From Octopus vulgaris (Eukaryota): a stretch of DNA of 64,000 bases. Location of the stretch: assembly GCA_951406725.2 (NCBI GenBank), contig OX597816.1:93372001-93436000 (forward strand), written 5' to 3'. The translations under genes were made by a program, and so were the position numbers. Positions 27,177 through 39,929 of the stretch are shown here, in pieces (positions within the stretch are counted from its first letter, which is position 1; the number at the start of each line of letters is the position of its first letter). The notes under the pieces were generated by a model, which was not told the origin of the DNA, searched no databases, and saw only the letters and a program-made list of their open reading frames with translations.

Positions 27177-27668
27177 ATGTAACACCAAACGAAACCAAAA
27201 GTATCAGTGGGGAGGCGGGGCTCGTGGGGTCTGAGCTAAACCCGCACCCACTCCACCCGTAATGTCTTCCGGTCTGTTCCAACATTCGATTTCTTGCTAT
27301 TTTTGTAAATTTCTGTAAATTTTTAAAATTCGCTTTTTTGTAAAACCCATTCGTGTGTCTGACCCCATCATCAGATTGTATTGTCCCCTCTATGTGGCCC
27401 CTAGTGGGTAATAAAGAAATACGATAGGATGTTACTTATTCATCGATACTCAAAAACTGAACTTTCACCAACTGAATACTCGTCATGTAGTGCCTTACTG
27501 CTTTCTGCTGGATTTTACCTCGAGAAAGGAACCCTGAGGAAGGAGGGCTGAATTTCGAATACTTCGTACAACAAACGGCTGCAGGTTAGGAAAAAAAATT
27601 TAATCGCCTCTTTCAATTTAGGTTTTCATTTTTCATGTTTTTATTTGTATTTCATTGTTATGTTTATA

Positions 27669-27883
27669 TTGGGTTGTCCGGAAAGTTCGTTCCGATTTTT
27701 AAAGGAAAGTACATGGTCACTAAATACTCTTCCCAGAATTGGGGTGGTTTCAAGGCAAATAATTCATCAAGGTATCTTTTTACGTCATCTAAGGAATTGA
27801 AATTTTCACCATTAAGACTATTCTACAGAGACCTGAATAAGTGGAAATCCGAAGGAGTAATATCTGGTGAATATGGAGGGTGG
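27669..27883 (-). mobile_element. Mariner transposon 3' fragment with TIR
   Basis: TA + TTGGGTTGTCCGGAAAGTTCG terminus; minus strand encodes HPPYSPDITPSDFHLFRSL (YSPD motif). Confidence 0.85.
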
Positions 27884-28415
27884 CGAAGGCAAAATACCAG
27901 GGTATGAAAATGGTAATATTGCCATCGATTCCATTTGTACCATTGTTAAGACGCCTCCTGATCTCAGAGATGCAGTGTTCCCAGATCTACAAGCTAATTA
28001 TCAGAATATGGATTGGATTGGCAAAAAGGCTATACTGGCCCCGAGGAATAAAACTGTTCACCATATTAATGATGAAATGCTAAAACTCATTCCTGGGGAA
28101 GTCTATGTATATCAGTCTATCGATACAACTCCTGACCCAGAGGACGTCATCAACTATCCAATAGAGGTACTCAATTCCTTTGAGCACCCCGGACTACCAC
28201 CACACTTTCTCAAACTTAAAGTTGGTGCCCCTATAATGCTCATCAGAAATTTGGTTCCCCCAAAACAATGCAATGGCACACGTTTGATCGTTAAGTCCTT
28301 ATCTCCCACCGTAAACTTATATCAATATTTGCCTGAATAATCATCATAATTCAGTGCAATCATTAACAGTACTTTCAAGCAATTCAGCCCCGAGCAACGC
28401 CGGGCAATTCTGCTA

Positions 28416-28416
<1 letters not shown>
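27882..28416 (+). mobile_element. Helitron 3' fragment (PIF1-like helicase + terminus)
   Basis: AILAPRN..INDEML..YQSID..LNSFEHPGLPPHFLKLKVGAPIMLIRNL..CNGTRL; terminal hairpin CCCGAGCAACGCCGGG + CTAG-T. Confidence 0.92.
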
Positions 28417-28471
<55 letters not shown>

Positions 28472-28725
28472 CTGAAGTTGTCTGGATATATGTATGTATG
28501 TATGTGTGTGTGTGTATACGTATGTATGTGTAGAGACCTCTTTTGGCTCCACCTGAGTTTTAAAACTGAATGGGTAAATTTCCCCCTAACTATAGAGCCT
28601 TATTGTTCTGTTGAGGAACAATGTTGTTTTATTCAACCGATGGCCTTCCCAACATTTGATTGATGTATTTTCCTCTTGACCCATAACCCTTCTAGTTTGT
28701 AAAGGGTTTAAATAAATAATATAAG

Positions 28726-29040
28726 GGATCTTTACCCTTTCAACGGCAGATCGAGAAATATATTTTTTGTAACTAAACACTTTCAACCTTCGGACACTAA
28801 CCCTAACCCTAATGTGTCATATAAAACATATTTTACTTTTAATGTTACTCTTGACCGCGGCCATGCTGGAGCATCGCCTTTAATCGAGCAACTCGACCCC
28901 GGGACTTATTCTTTTTGTAAGCCCAGTACTTATTCTATCCTTAGCCAATCATATTGTCTGTTTTCATTTGAAATTATTAGCTGCATAGTGTTAATGTGAC
29001 GTAGATAGCTATTTTGTGAGTGGGTAAGCAGTAAGCAAAC
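28726..29040 (+). repeat. Diverged third TIR copy related to 8050-8314, interrupted by a SINE fragment
   Basis: GGATCTTTACCCTTTCAACGGCAG..AACTAAACACTTT..AATGTGTCA..TGTGACGTAGATAGCTATTTTGTGA. Confidence 0.7.
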
Positions 29041-29363
29041 AGCTGTAGTAGATGTGGTTATCATGGCAGTGGTGGTAGTGGTGACAGTGGATGTGTATGA
29101 TGGCAGCAATTATAGTGTTGGTGTTTTTGTAGAGGTGGTGGTGGTGGTGGTGGTGGCGGCAGTGGATGATGATGATAATGATGATGATAGTAGTAGTAGT
29201 AGCATTGATTATGTTAGGATGTCTCATGGATGGTAGCGTTGGTGTGTGTGTGTGTGTGTGTATGTATGGATCAAAACAGTTTGATTCAAATTCTGTGGTT
29301 CTTATATATTCATACATACATATACATGTAGATGTAGATAACATATATATATTGTATGTAAAC

Positions 29364-29403
<40 letters not shown>

Positions 29404-29477
29404 GTATGCATCTATAATACACACATATTATAAATATATACACATATATGCATATGCATTAGAATATGTGTGTATAG

Positions 29478-29511
<34 letters not shown>

Positions 29512-29517
<6 letters not shown>

Positions 29518-30312
29518 AGATAGGGGTTGAAAATTCAACCCACCATGGGATAACATATATCCAATATACTGCTAGATAGGTACCCAACAAGACTAATACA
29601 TAGATGTTAAAAATTGCCAAACAATCAGTTCATCTATTGTATTATATGGGTAAAGGTAATAATATTACCGTAAATTAATACTACAAAATTAGAAAATGGA
29701 GAAACATACTTAAATCAATAAAACATCAACTATCAGATGATACCCAATCAAAACTTTATTACACCATTACATATCAGTAAAGGCATTATACAAAATATAC
29801 AGTAAAGGTAAATAGACAAAGAGATATAAGTATAAAATTTCAAATATAATATGTAATTAAATCATATCTGACAGCTGTTTCGGCAGCAAGGGCAGTCATA
29901 CCTCATTTAACCTATAAGCCATAAAGGCAGGTATAAATGAGGCATTAACAAGGATGCCCCACGGCCTCATCAGAGAATTAAATTTGTTATAATTGTGAAA
30001 AAATTATTTTTCCATATACATATAAATATAAAAATATAAAAATGTAAAATATGAAAACTTATGCATAAACTTCATAATGCTACACTTGTATAATATAATA
30101 CTCATTGGTACAATAATGCAAGGTAAACAAAACAAAATAAAACAAAATATATATCAGTGTATATATTAATATTAATAAGCACAGTTATTATACATATTTG
30201 GCTAATAGTTTTAAAAAAACTAACACATAGGGAGATGAAAAATAATAATTAAAACCATGGTTCAGTTCATAAAATTATAAAGCTATAAAAGTCAATAAAA
30301 ATTTCTATTAAT

Positions 30313-30343
<31 letters not shown>

Positions 30344-30388
30344 GATACAGTTAAGTTTGCACCAAGTCCATCCTTTCAAGATCGAACT

Positions 30389-30390
<2 letters not shown>
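29512..30390 (-). mobile_element. Penelope-like non-coding terminal fragment in (TA)n; related piece at 12981-13172
   Basis: Contains a hammerhead; 29683-29850 matches 12981-13125 directly, and 29512-29556 is the reverse complement of about 13129-13172. Confidence 0.65.
29867..29976 (-). ncRNA. Type I minimal hammerhead ribozyme with long stem II
   Basis: UCU-CUGAUGA-GGC..(about 80-nt foldback)..GCC-GAAA-CAGCUG-UC|AGA; palindromic stem III, GUC triplet. Confidence 0.85.
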
Positions 30391-30453
<63 letters not shown>

Positions 30454-30513
30454 TATGTTTGTATACATGTGTGTGTAGCTATTTAGGATCTAGTTAGCTA
30501 TTTTAGTTAGCTA

Positions 30514-30778
30514 TTTACATGTTTACGTTAACTACGTCACAAAATAGCTGTTTACGCCACAGTAACAATATTTTGAGAAGCAGTAAATAATATGAGGCCG
30601 AAAGAAAGAATATCATTGGTTAAAATTCGAATTATTAAACAACGTTAAACTTAGAAATTACAATTCCGTTTTCATTTTGGTTTACAATTATGTTTTCATT
30701 TGACACATTCTACCAGTATACGAAGTTTCAAATTGTTTAGTTGACTAGGAAAATCTGGCTTTCAAAAAGAAAAGATCC
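30514..30778 (-). repeat. Right long terminal inverted repeat
   Basis: Reverse complement of 8050-8314, followed directly by AAAAATTG. Confidence 0.92.
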
Positions 30779-33449
30779 AAAAATTGAATTATGATTTAGC
30801 AATATACCCACAAACCTCCATTGTAATAACATCCAAATAGCTAAGATGGATTACACTTTCACTTATCTCTATAATTATCTCTTTAATTTTATGATCTATA
30901 ATTCAATATCTAACTTCAATGGAGTAATGCTAATTTTATAACTGATTTAGTAATATGACAATAATCAATCTTCTTCAATAGTGAAATAATGAAGACTAAT
31001 ATACCACATAGGTTACAGTTTAATTCATCCCTATAATCATATATTTCTGTTGAAGGTTACAGAATAGCAGAAATGGTAGAGCAATATGTCTAAAAGCATT
31101 ATAATATTTGGTTTAAAATTTCTTTGTTCTGAATTGACTTTGAATTTTATCCTACCAACTCTAATAAAACAAATACCAGTTATATAAATTTATACCTATC
31201 AATTCTGAGATATCTTTCTCATCCTTGAAATATCCTTTATTCCTCTAAGTGTATAATTCCAGTTTATGGTTCTAATATCACTGACTATTTAGCAACATTT
31301 TAACCACAGAATTGTCCCAAAACTTATACTGACAAAATACTGAAGTACTTAAACTTTAACATGTAAGTAAAGTTTCTCTAAATTACTGATTGTCATATGT
31401 GGAAGAAAAGATTTGATTTAACTTAATGTTTAAAATATTACTAACCTTTATGGTTGTTGTATGTTAGAAATATACATAGCTTAAGGCACAGGCATGGCTG
31501 GTGTAGATGTGGCTGGGAAATCCTGAAGTTTGCTTTCCAATCACTTAGTTTCAGGTTCAATACCAATGCATAGCATCTTGGACAAATGTCTTCTACTCTA
31601 GCACAGGGTCAAACAATGCTTTGTGAAGAAATTTGATTAATGGAAACTGTAAGAAGCTTGCTATGTATAAATATGATGTGTGTGTGTGCGTGCATGTGTG
31701 TGTGTGCGCATGCACGCATGTGTGCATGTGTGTGTGTGTGCATGCAACAACATCTCAATATTGATAACCCACAGTTTTACTTGAGTCAAATGTTGATATA
31801 ATGTTTATGACCCTTATTGGCATTCTGACTATGCAGTGAAATTCAAATTTCTTGATTGAAGAAAAGGTAAAGGTTCAAGACAGGAAAAGCATCCAACAGT
31901 AAAATTCTGCCTAAAATATGACAGCATGGAAAAATAAACATTAACTAAACAAACCGAAAGTACAGAAATTTTTAAAGAAATTTTACAGAAGATAAAAAAA
32001 AATACAACATTAATGAAAATATCTTTCTGCTCTCTCTTTAAAATATTTGTAAAACATCTAAAATAAAGTGGAGCATTTCTGTGGTAACAGCTAAATATAG
32101 TTATACAACTTTCATTTTAAAAGAGTTGAGGTCAGAAGAATCATATCATAGACATTTGACTAAACAGAGCAGGAAGAAAAAGATTAGGTATGAAGAAGAA
32201 TGAGATAAAACAAAGTGGTTCTATAAAAATAGATGAGGCACTTAGCAATGCATCGGAAAGAAGATAAATAAATTATTTGTGTGAGTCAAAAGTCAATGCT
32301 ATTTAGAAGCCAAAAGATTTTCCACCCAAATCTCAATCCATTAAGGCTGACACAAACAAAAGAATATTTGTGATTCAATTGAAATTTAAACTATTTCCTC
32401 ATATAGCTTTCAAAAAGGCACGAATCAATTCTGATATTCTCAATATATCTGTCTGTTTAAATGTTTCAGTATATCTATGTAGCCATTTACATATGTATTG
32501 TGGCCTGTATGCTAGAATGAAGAAGTGTACCTGTGTGTGTGTGTGTGTGTCTGTGTGTGTGTGTCTGTGTGAGTGTGTGTGTTTGTGCACGTGTGTAGAT
32601 GCATACATACATATATATAGGAAGTAAGCTCAAACATGCATTCGCTTATGAACATAAGTACGTATATATGCTTAATGTATGTACATATACACACACACAT
32701 ATATACACACACATACATACATATATATATATATATACACACACACACAAATATCTTCATGCATATTATGTTATATCATCATCATCATCATCATACTCAT
32801 CATCATTTTACGTCCTTCTTCTAGGCTGATATGGGTTGGATGGTTTGACAGGATTCAAAATGCTGAAGGATTGCTTTGAGCTCCAACATCTGCTTTAGCA
32901 TAGTTTCTACTGTTGTATGCCCTTCCTAGTGCCAACCACTTTACATGTACTGAAAGTTAGTGTTTTTCTTCATTTTGTGACACATTAACATGAACAATTA
33001 ATTTAGTTTCCGAAAATTATTGAGAATTTTACATAATTGGGATACCTCCACAAATTACCTTTCTTCTTTCACACTAAATATTCATATTATATAATAATTT
33101 TTCCACAGATACTCTTGGACTTATGTATGAATAGTTACTTCAGGAATGAGCTGCTGATGCACTAATCTGGACTTCTCCATATAATATTTTCATTATATTC
33201 TAATCAAAGATGGTGAGCTGGCAGAATCATATTTGCACACTAGATAAAATTCTTATTTTAAAGTCTGGTACTTACTCTACTGATCGCTTTTGCCAAACTG
33301 TTAAGTCATAGAAACATAAACAAACCAACACCATTTGTCAAGAGGTGGTGTGGGGCAAACTCAAACACTAAGACACATACATAGATATAAATATATATAA
33401 ATACATATAAATATATAGATATAAATACATACATACATACATACATACA

Positions 33450-33483
<34 letters not shown>

Positions 33484-33504
33484 CATACATACATACATAT
33501 ATAC

Positions 33505-33732
33505 TCAAAATAAGCAACAAGGATATCCAGAGGTAATGCAGTACAGTACGATCATTTCATGCGACTCCATTTAATCAAACAATGCAAATATTACATCAGT
33601 TTTAAAATGTAGAGCAGTCTTCAGCTGCATAAAAATATTAAAACTGATGTAATACTGCATTGTTCAATTAAATGGAGTTGCATGAAACAATCGTACTGCC
33701 TTACTTCTGGATATCCTTGTTGCTTATTTTGA
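33505..33732. repeat. Foldback with about 100-bp arms inside a SINE microsatellite; probably an inverted Penelope terminal junction
   Basis: TCAAAATAAGCAACAAGGATATCCAGA..TTACATCAGTTTTAA / TTAAAACTGATGTAA..TCTGGATATCCTTGTTGCTTATTTTGA; the spacer has a minus-strand CTGAAGA. Confidence 0.7.
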
Positions 33733-33814
33733 TTATAATCACCCCATTTTGAATTATATGGATAATACCATACCAAATTCTGGTGCCTTTAATTTAAGTA
33801 CCATATTCAACTGA

Positions 33815-33899
<85 letters not shown>

Positions 33900-34142
33900 T
33901 GTATATACACAACAGGTTTCTTTCAGTTTCAATTTACCAAATCTACTTAGAAGGCTTTTGTTTACCCAAAGTTATAGTAGAAAAAATGTTTGCTCAAGGT
34001 ACCATGCAATGGGACGGAACCCAGGACCATGTGGTTGGGAAGTAAATTAAAAAACCACACAGCCACCCCTGTATCTAAAAACACCAATGCCCAGAGTATG
34101 TGCATTTATTCATATATATACATATATATATCTATCTATCTA

Positions 34143-34189
<47 letters not shown>

Positions 34190-34661
34190 GTATATATATG
34201 TATGTATATATGTATATATGTATAAGGAACAAATGAATGAATAAATAAAAAACTTTTTAATTTACTTATTTCAGATATGATATGTATAGAAATATCACTA
34301 CTATTAATATAGATATTACGATAAGTAGTCTCATGCAAATCAATACATGATTGATAAATGTATTTCTTGTCTAGTGTACATATTGGATACATCAATCTGC
34401 CACAATGTGCTGAATTGCATCATTGGTGTCTATACTTATATGTATTTCAATTGTACCAGATGGAATTTTCATTATTAGATTGACACAGGACGTAGAAAGG
34501 TGTGGGAGGCTGGTAGCAAAAAAAAAAAAATTATGGTTTCAGATTTAAATAATTAATTGCAAAAAATAAGTAAAGATTATATATGCATGTGTGAATAGAC
34601 ATGCATGTGTATGTGTGTAGATATATATACTATAAATATAAATATATACATATATACTTAC

Positions 34662-34704
<43 letters not shown>

Positions 34705-34855
34705 CATAAACATGCACATACATATAAATATATGCATACGCACACACACATACACAGTATATATGTAATAATTAAGTTAAGAGGTTGATTCCTCTCTCTC
34801 CCTCTCCTCAGCCTTTGCTGGCTGCTTTTTGTTCTGTCTGTCTGTCTGTCTGTCT

Positions 34856-34903
<48 letters not shown>

Positions 34904-35624
34904 ATTTCATTTTTCTTTTCACACTATTTCTCTCGTTTGTCTTTACTTTCACCCTCTACTCATTAATGCATTTTACCTCAAGATTCCTAGCAGATATTGG
35001 CTTCAAATGTAATGGAATTATAGGAAGCTTTGGTAATCTTATATTCTTTAGGATTTGCAACAAAAGTTTTTATCACAACTATTAAAGTAAGCAACAATTT
35101 GGCAAAGTCAACTGAATATTTTGTGGAGTTTGTTCTGATGCTCGACACTAGGAACTTAAATCTTGCTAAGATAAACTTTGCCCTTTTATTTTCCTGGGAT
35201 CAATAAAAAGAATCAATCAAAGGTGATGGATTGGCAGTAATGGTAGAACATCAGACCACATGTCTTGCTGTATTTGTTCCAGCTCTTGGCATTCTGAGTT
35301 CAAATACTACCATATTCTACTTGAGGGGCAGTCTTAATCTGTTGGCCAGTTTGACCAGAGCTCCTGGTACTTAGAGAACTCTTGGTGCTGTCTATTTTGT
35401 TACAAGCATCAGACCAGGTCTCTGGATTGAAGATATCTCCCTCCTTCCTTCTCACCAGTCTCAATGGCTATGTGAACGATCATGGGAATTGCACTCATGC
35501 TTGAATGCATAAGGTGTTCAAATATATAAAAAAATAAGGTATTAGTATGTATGCACATGTGTTTGCACATACATACCTCCACCATTGATGGCATGTGCTG
35601 CTCTCTTACTCAATAATAATAATA

Positions 35625-35832
35625 TTGGCACAAGGTCAGCAATTTTGGAAGGGGGGTAAGTCGATTACATCAACCCCAGCATTCAACTGGTACTTATGTT
35701 ATCAACCGTGAAAGGATGAAAGGTAAAGTTGACCTTGGCAAAATTTGAACTCAATATGTAAGAACAGACAAAATGCTACTTTGCATTTCACCCAGTGTAC
35801 TAACAATTTTGCCTGCTCACCGCTTTACAATG

Positions 35833-35888
<56 letters not shown>

Positions 35889-36080
35889 TAGGATGATCAT
35901 TTCTACTGTAGGTACAAAGCCTAAAATTTGAGGGAGGTGGGGTGGGCTAGTCTATTACATCAACCCCAGAATGGATGAAAAAGTCAACCTTAGTGAAATT
36001 TGAACTCAGAATGTAAATAAAGATGAATTGCTGCTAAGCATTTTGTCCAGTTTGCTAATGATTCTGCTGACTCATTGCTT
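35625..36080 (-). mobile_element. Two SINE copies (head as in 14270, alternative tail) separated by (AAT)n
   Basis: GATTACATCAACCCCAG..GGATGAAA..TTTGAACTCA motifs occur twice. Confidence 0.75.
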
Positions 36081-36189
36081 GAATAATAACAACAAAAACA
36101 ACAACAGCAGCAGCAACAATAATAGTAGTCATTTAATGTCTGTCTTCCTGCTGGTATGGGTTAGCTGGTTTGACAGGAGCGTTTTGCAC

Positions 36190-37190
36190 AAAACATCACT
36201 GAATAATAGAGGATGGAAAAGAAACTCATATGGCTGTAAAGACCAGTTATTAATAAACCATACAGCACTCAAAAATTGCTCACTGCAAAAATGAAATCTT
36301 GGCACAGCATGGATTGACTATTGTAAGGTATTTGAGTGACCCACACTGCTGGATCTTAAAAGCACTAAATATATACAAGATATCTCCTTTCATAAAAGTT
36401 TTCTGCAACATAGAATGGGACAATGGAACACAAAATTGTTTCACAACCATCAAGAAGGCTTGAATGTGTCAGAGAATATAAAAATAGATCTTGGAATATT
36501 CCAGGGCAATTCACTCTCTCCTCTTCTCTTCTATCTTTCCCTCATTCCCTTGTCCCATGAGTTGAGTAGAACAAATTACAAGTATAAAATATTTGATAAG
36601 GATCATCTCACATTTGTTCTGCATGGATGATTTGAAAATATATACAAAAGATGACAATACCTGAAAGGGCTATTGATAAGTGTGAAAAAATTCAGTCATG
36701 ACATCAATATGGAATTTGGCCTTGATAAGTGTGCAAAAACTACATTCAAACGGTAAACTGACAGATAATATCTCGACCCAACTGATACAACTATCAAGCA
36801 TCTTGACCAAGAAGGCTTTTATGTGTATCTGGGGGCTAATGAAGGGAAAGGGGTTCAACATGGGTCAATGAAAGGGAAGACAGGAAGAATATTCTTCTCT
36901 ACTCTAGGTGCAAAGCCCGAAATTTTGGGGGAGAGGGCCAGTAGATCGACCTCCGAAAGGATGAAAGGCAAAGCCAACCTCGGCGGAATTTGAACTCAGA
37001 ACATGAAGACAGATGAAATACCACAAAGCATTTCACCCAGCGTGCAAACACTTCTGCCAGCTCGCCAATGTCAGAATGGTCCTGAATACTAGGCTGAACT
37101 TCCAGAATAGAATTGCAGCAATAAACTCCCTGACAGCACCAGTTGTCCAGCATAGCCTTAATATCATCAACTGGAATGCCACCAGACAGA
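36190..37190 (+). mobile_element. Decayed Dong/R4 RT fragment interrupted by a young SINE (36893-37066, minus)
   Basis: SYGCKDQLLIN, GIFQGNSLSPLLF, MDDLKIY, NRIAAINSL. Confidence 0.8.
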
Positions 37191-39282
37191 AGAACACTAC
37201 TAGTCCTTCTTTGGTAAACACCACTGAATAATAAAGGTAGGTGGTAGAGGAGATCCTCATGATGAACTTTACCAATAGTTAGATTTGTCCTACACAGAAC
37301 AACAGCTATTCAACTTAATTTCACAAGTTAGCAATGCCCAGTCAGACACTGCTCAAATGCATGCAGCATGGTTTTGTTGCTCTGCCTGTATCTTGGCCAG
37401 TCCCGTGAGCTTATTGTATACAGTGTTTATGTACTCTATAACTCAAATGAAGAATAACAATGGTGTCAGAAAACAGCCATTAGTGGAGTTAAAAAAGATA
37501 GTAATGAAAGCTAAAAGTACATGCACTGTACACAGAATAAAACATAGAAAGATGGAAAAGTGAACAGAAAAACAGCCATGCAGAAGAAAGGGTGCATAAG
37601 CACATCAGGAATAATGTTATCTAATTTCATAAAGCATGGAATTTTTAAAGGGTACAGTGTCATGCCAGTTAACAACTGATACAAGTAGTTTATTCCATGC
37701 TTCAACAATTCTGAGCATGATAAAATGTTTCCAGAAATCATGGGTACTGCGCTGTTTTTTCTTTTTTATTCTATAAGCATGTCTATGGGTGGTAGAGGTA
37801 TTGAATTCAAAAAGGTGGCCAAAGTAATTGTTGGAATGGTAGTGGGTAGGTATTCTTGTGGGCTTCTACCAAGTCAGTTGCTAAATATTGACATTGAAAT
37901 TTAGTGTTTTTGTATGTGTGTGAGAGAGAGAGAGAGAGAGAGTGTGTGTGTGTGTGCTTAGGTGAGTGCATACAGCTGGGGCAATTGTATATGTATATGC
38001 ATCTGATTGAGTCTGTGTGTATGAACAAATGTATATGTATGTTTATATATGTGATTGAATGTATATGTGTTTGTTAGTGGGTTTGTGCTTTTGTGTGAGT
38101 TGTTGCATTTTTGTAACTGTCTGAATATGTATGTGTGTATGTATGTATGTATGTATGTGTGTGTGTGTGTATGTGTACACACACACACACACATATAATA
38201 TATATGCAACAGTGAATGAAGAAGCATATGTGTGATTGCACATATAAGTGACTAGGCAGGAACGAGTGTGAATCTGTATAGTTGAGAAAGCGGGAGAGAG
38301 AGAGAGAAACAGAGAGTGTGTGTGTATATGTGTATGTGTGTGTACATGTATGTGTAAATATGACTGCATATCAATGAGTGTGCATGTGTGAGTGACTCTG
38401 TAACTGACAGTGTAAGAGAATGAGTGGGAATATGAATGAGAAAGAAAGAGAAAAAGAGTGAGAGAAAAAAACGTAGGCATATGCCTGTGTGTTTTTGTAT
38501 ACATATTTGCTTGTGTATGAATGTGCATATGTGTATATGTATGTTTTCGCAAGTGTGTGTCTTTATGTGTGCATATGTGTTTGTGCATACTCCCATGTGA
38601 GCATTTTCAATCTTGCTTGTGTGCGTTAATATTCTTTATAAAAAGCACGGCAAAGGGAGATTAGAACTTTGTACGCAACAAGTGTGAATGTGGTGAGGGC
38701 TGGTTGTAGTTTCAAGCAGTGAGATGAAACTAACTAGTAATTTACAATGCTGTAGTAAAGAATGAAATTAAAGATGAAAAAGCTTCAGAGGGATGAAAAA
38801 AAAAATATTTTCTGTCAAGAAAAAAAAAAAATATTCAATCAAAATTTTTAACAATTAGTTTTCGAAATGAAATAGAATTACAAGTTTCAATCATTGAATA
38901 AAAAATAATTATTCTGATGGCATCATCATTGTTACCATCATCATCATCATTGTCTTAGTCGTTAGTGGTGGTACTACCACGGTAGTTGTCATTATCAGCA
39001 GTAGCAGAGGCAGCAGCAGTACCAGCAGCAACAGCAGCAACAGCAGCAACAGCAGCGTTGTCACTGTTGTCATCATTGTCATCATCAACATCATTGCTAT
39101 CATCATCATAATTTTCACCATGTCCTCACTGTCATCATCATCATCATCTCCCTACTACTCCTCCTTATCATCACAATTGTCATTATCATTGTCATCAGCA
39201 GCAGCAATATTACCATCATTGTCATTAGCATTTAATTCAGTAGTATCAATGGATATTGGAAAGTTTAAAGATAATATTGATA

Positions 39283-39323
<41 letters not shown>

Positions 39324-39929
39324 CAGAAGGAGGGGGAGTTGGTCAATGACTGTACAGTTGGTGATGGTATAGGTGATGAACATGGTTGCAGTGGCAGTCG
39401 TAATGAATGACAATGATAATGATGATAGTAATGATGATAGTGATGACATTGGTGTTGAATGAAAAAAAAAAGTATGCTGACAATTACTTCTTTGATTAGG
39501 CAGCTGACCAGTTATCTATGCCAAAAGCATTATGTGTGGCTGATTAAATTGACTCCAGTGTCACTTAGTATTTGCACCTGTGCTAGCCATTCTTGATGGG
39601 ATAAAACACAGAGTTAAATTTGGCAGGATTTGAACTCAGGATAATTAGGTATTAAGCAAGGTTACATTAAAAATTGTTTTTTTGTCACAGCTATCTCAAC
39701 CAAGAATGGGGATTGGAGTCAATAGTGGAGCCTGTATGAGGTTCTTCAACCTGCTACAAGGAATAGTAAATTCTTCCCAAACCACATCTTACAATTTTAA
39801 AAATGTAATGAAGCACTGGGTTATGCAATCCTACATATAAGATATAGGGTCCAAAAATAAGATGTGATGGTCATAACTGGGATGTCTTGATCATAGATCT
39901 GTTTTATGAGAGCTATTGAAATCAAATTC

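Larger units (their letters stand above)
22194..27421 (+). mobile_element. Full-length Tx1/L1-clade LINE, near-intact
   Basis: 5' UTR, ORF1, ORF2 and 3' UTR ending AATAAAGAAATA; TSD CGATAGGA (22186-22193, 27422-27429). Confidence 0.93.

Noticed and set aside
27436-27600. Possible minus-strand terminal exon after a TTTTCCTAACCTGCAG acceptor
   Set aside because: Short frames with no recognisable protein; insufficient evidence.
28726-30778. Pairing the third TIR with the right TIR as a simple 2-kb MITE
   Set aside because: The flanks do not match (TAATATAAG versus AAAAATTGA), and the 28726 copy is far more diverged from the right TIR than 8050-8314 is.
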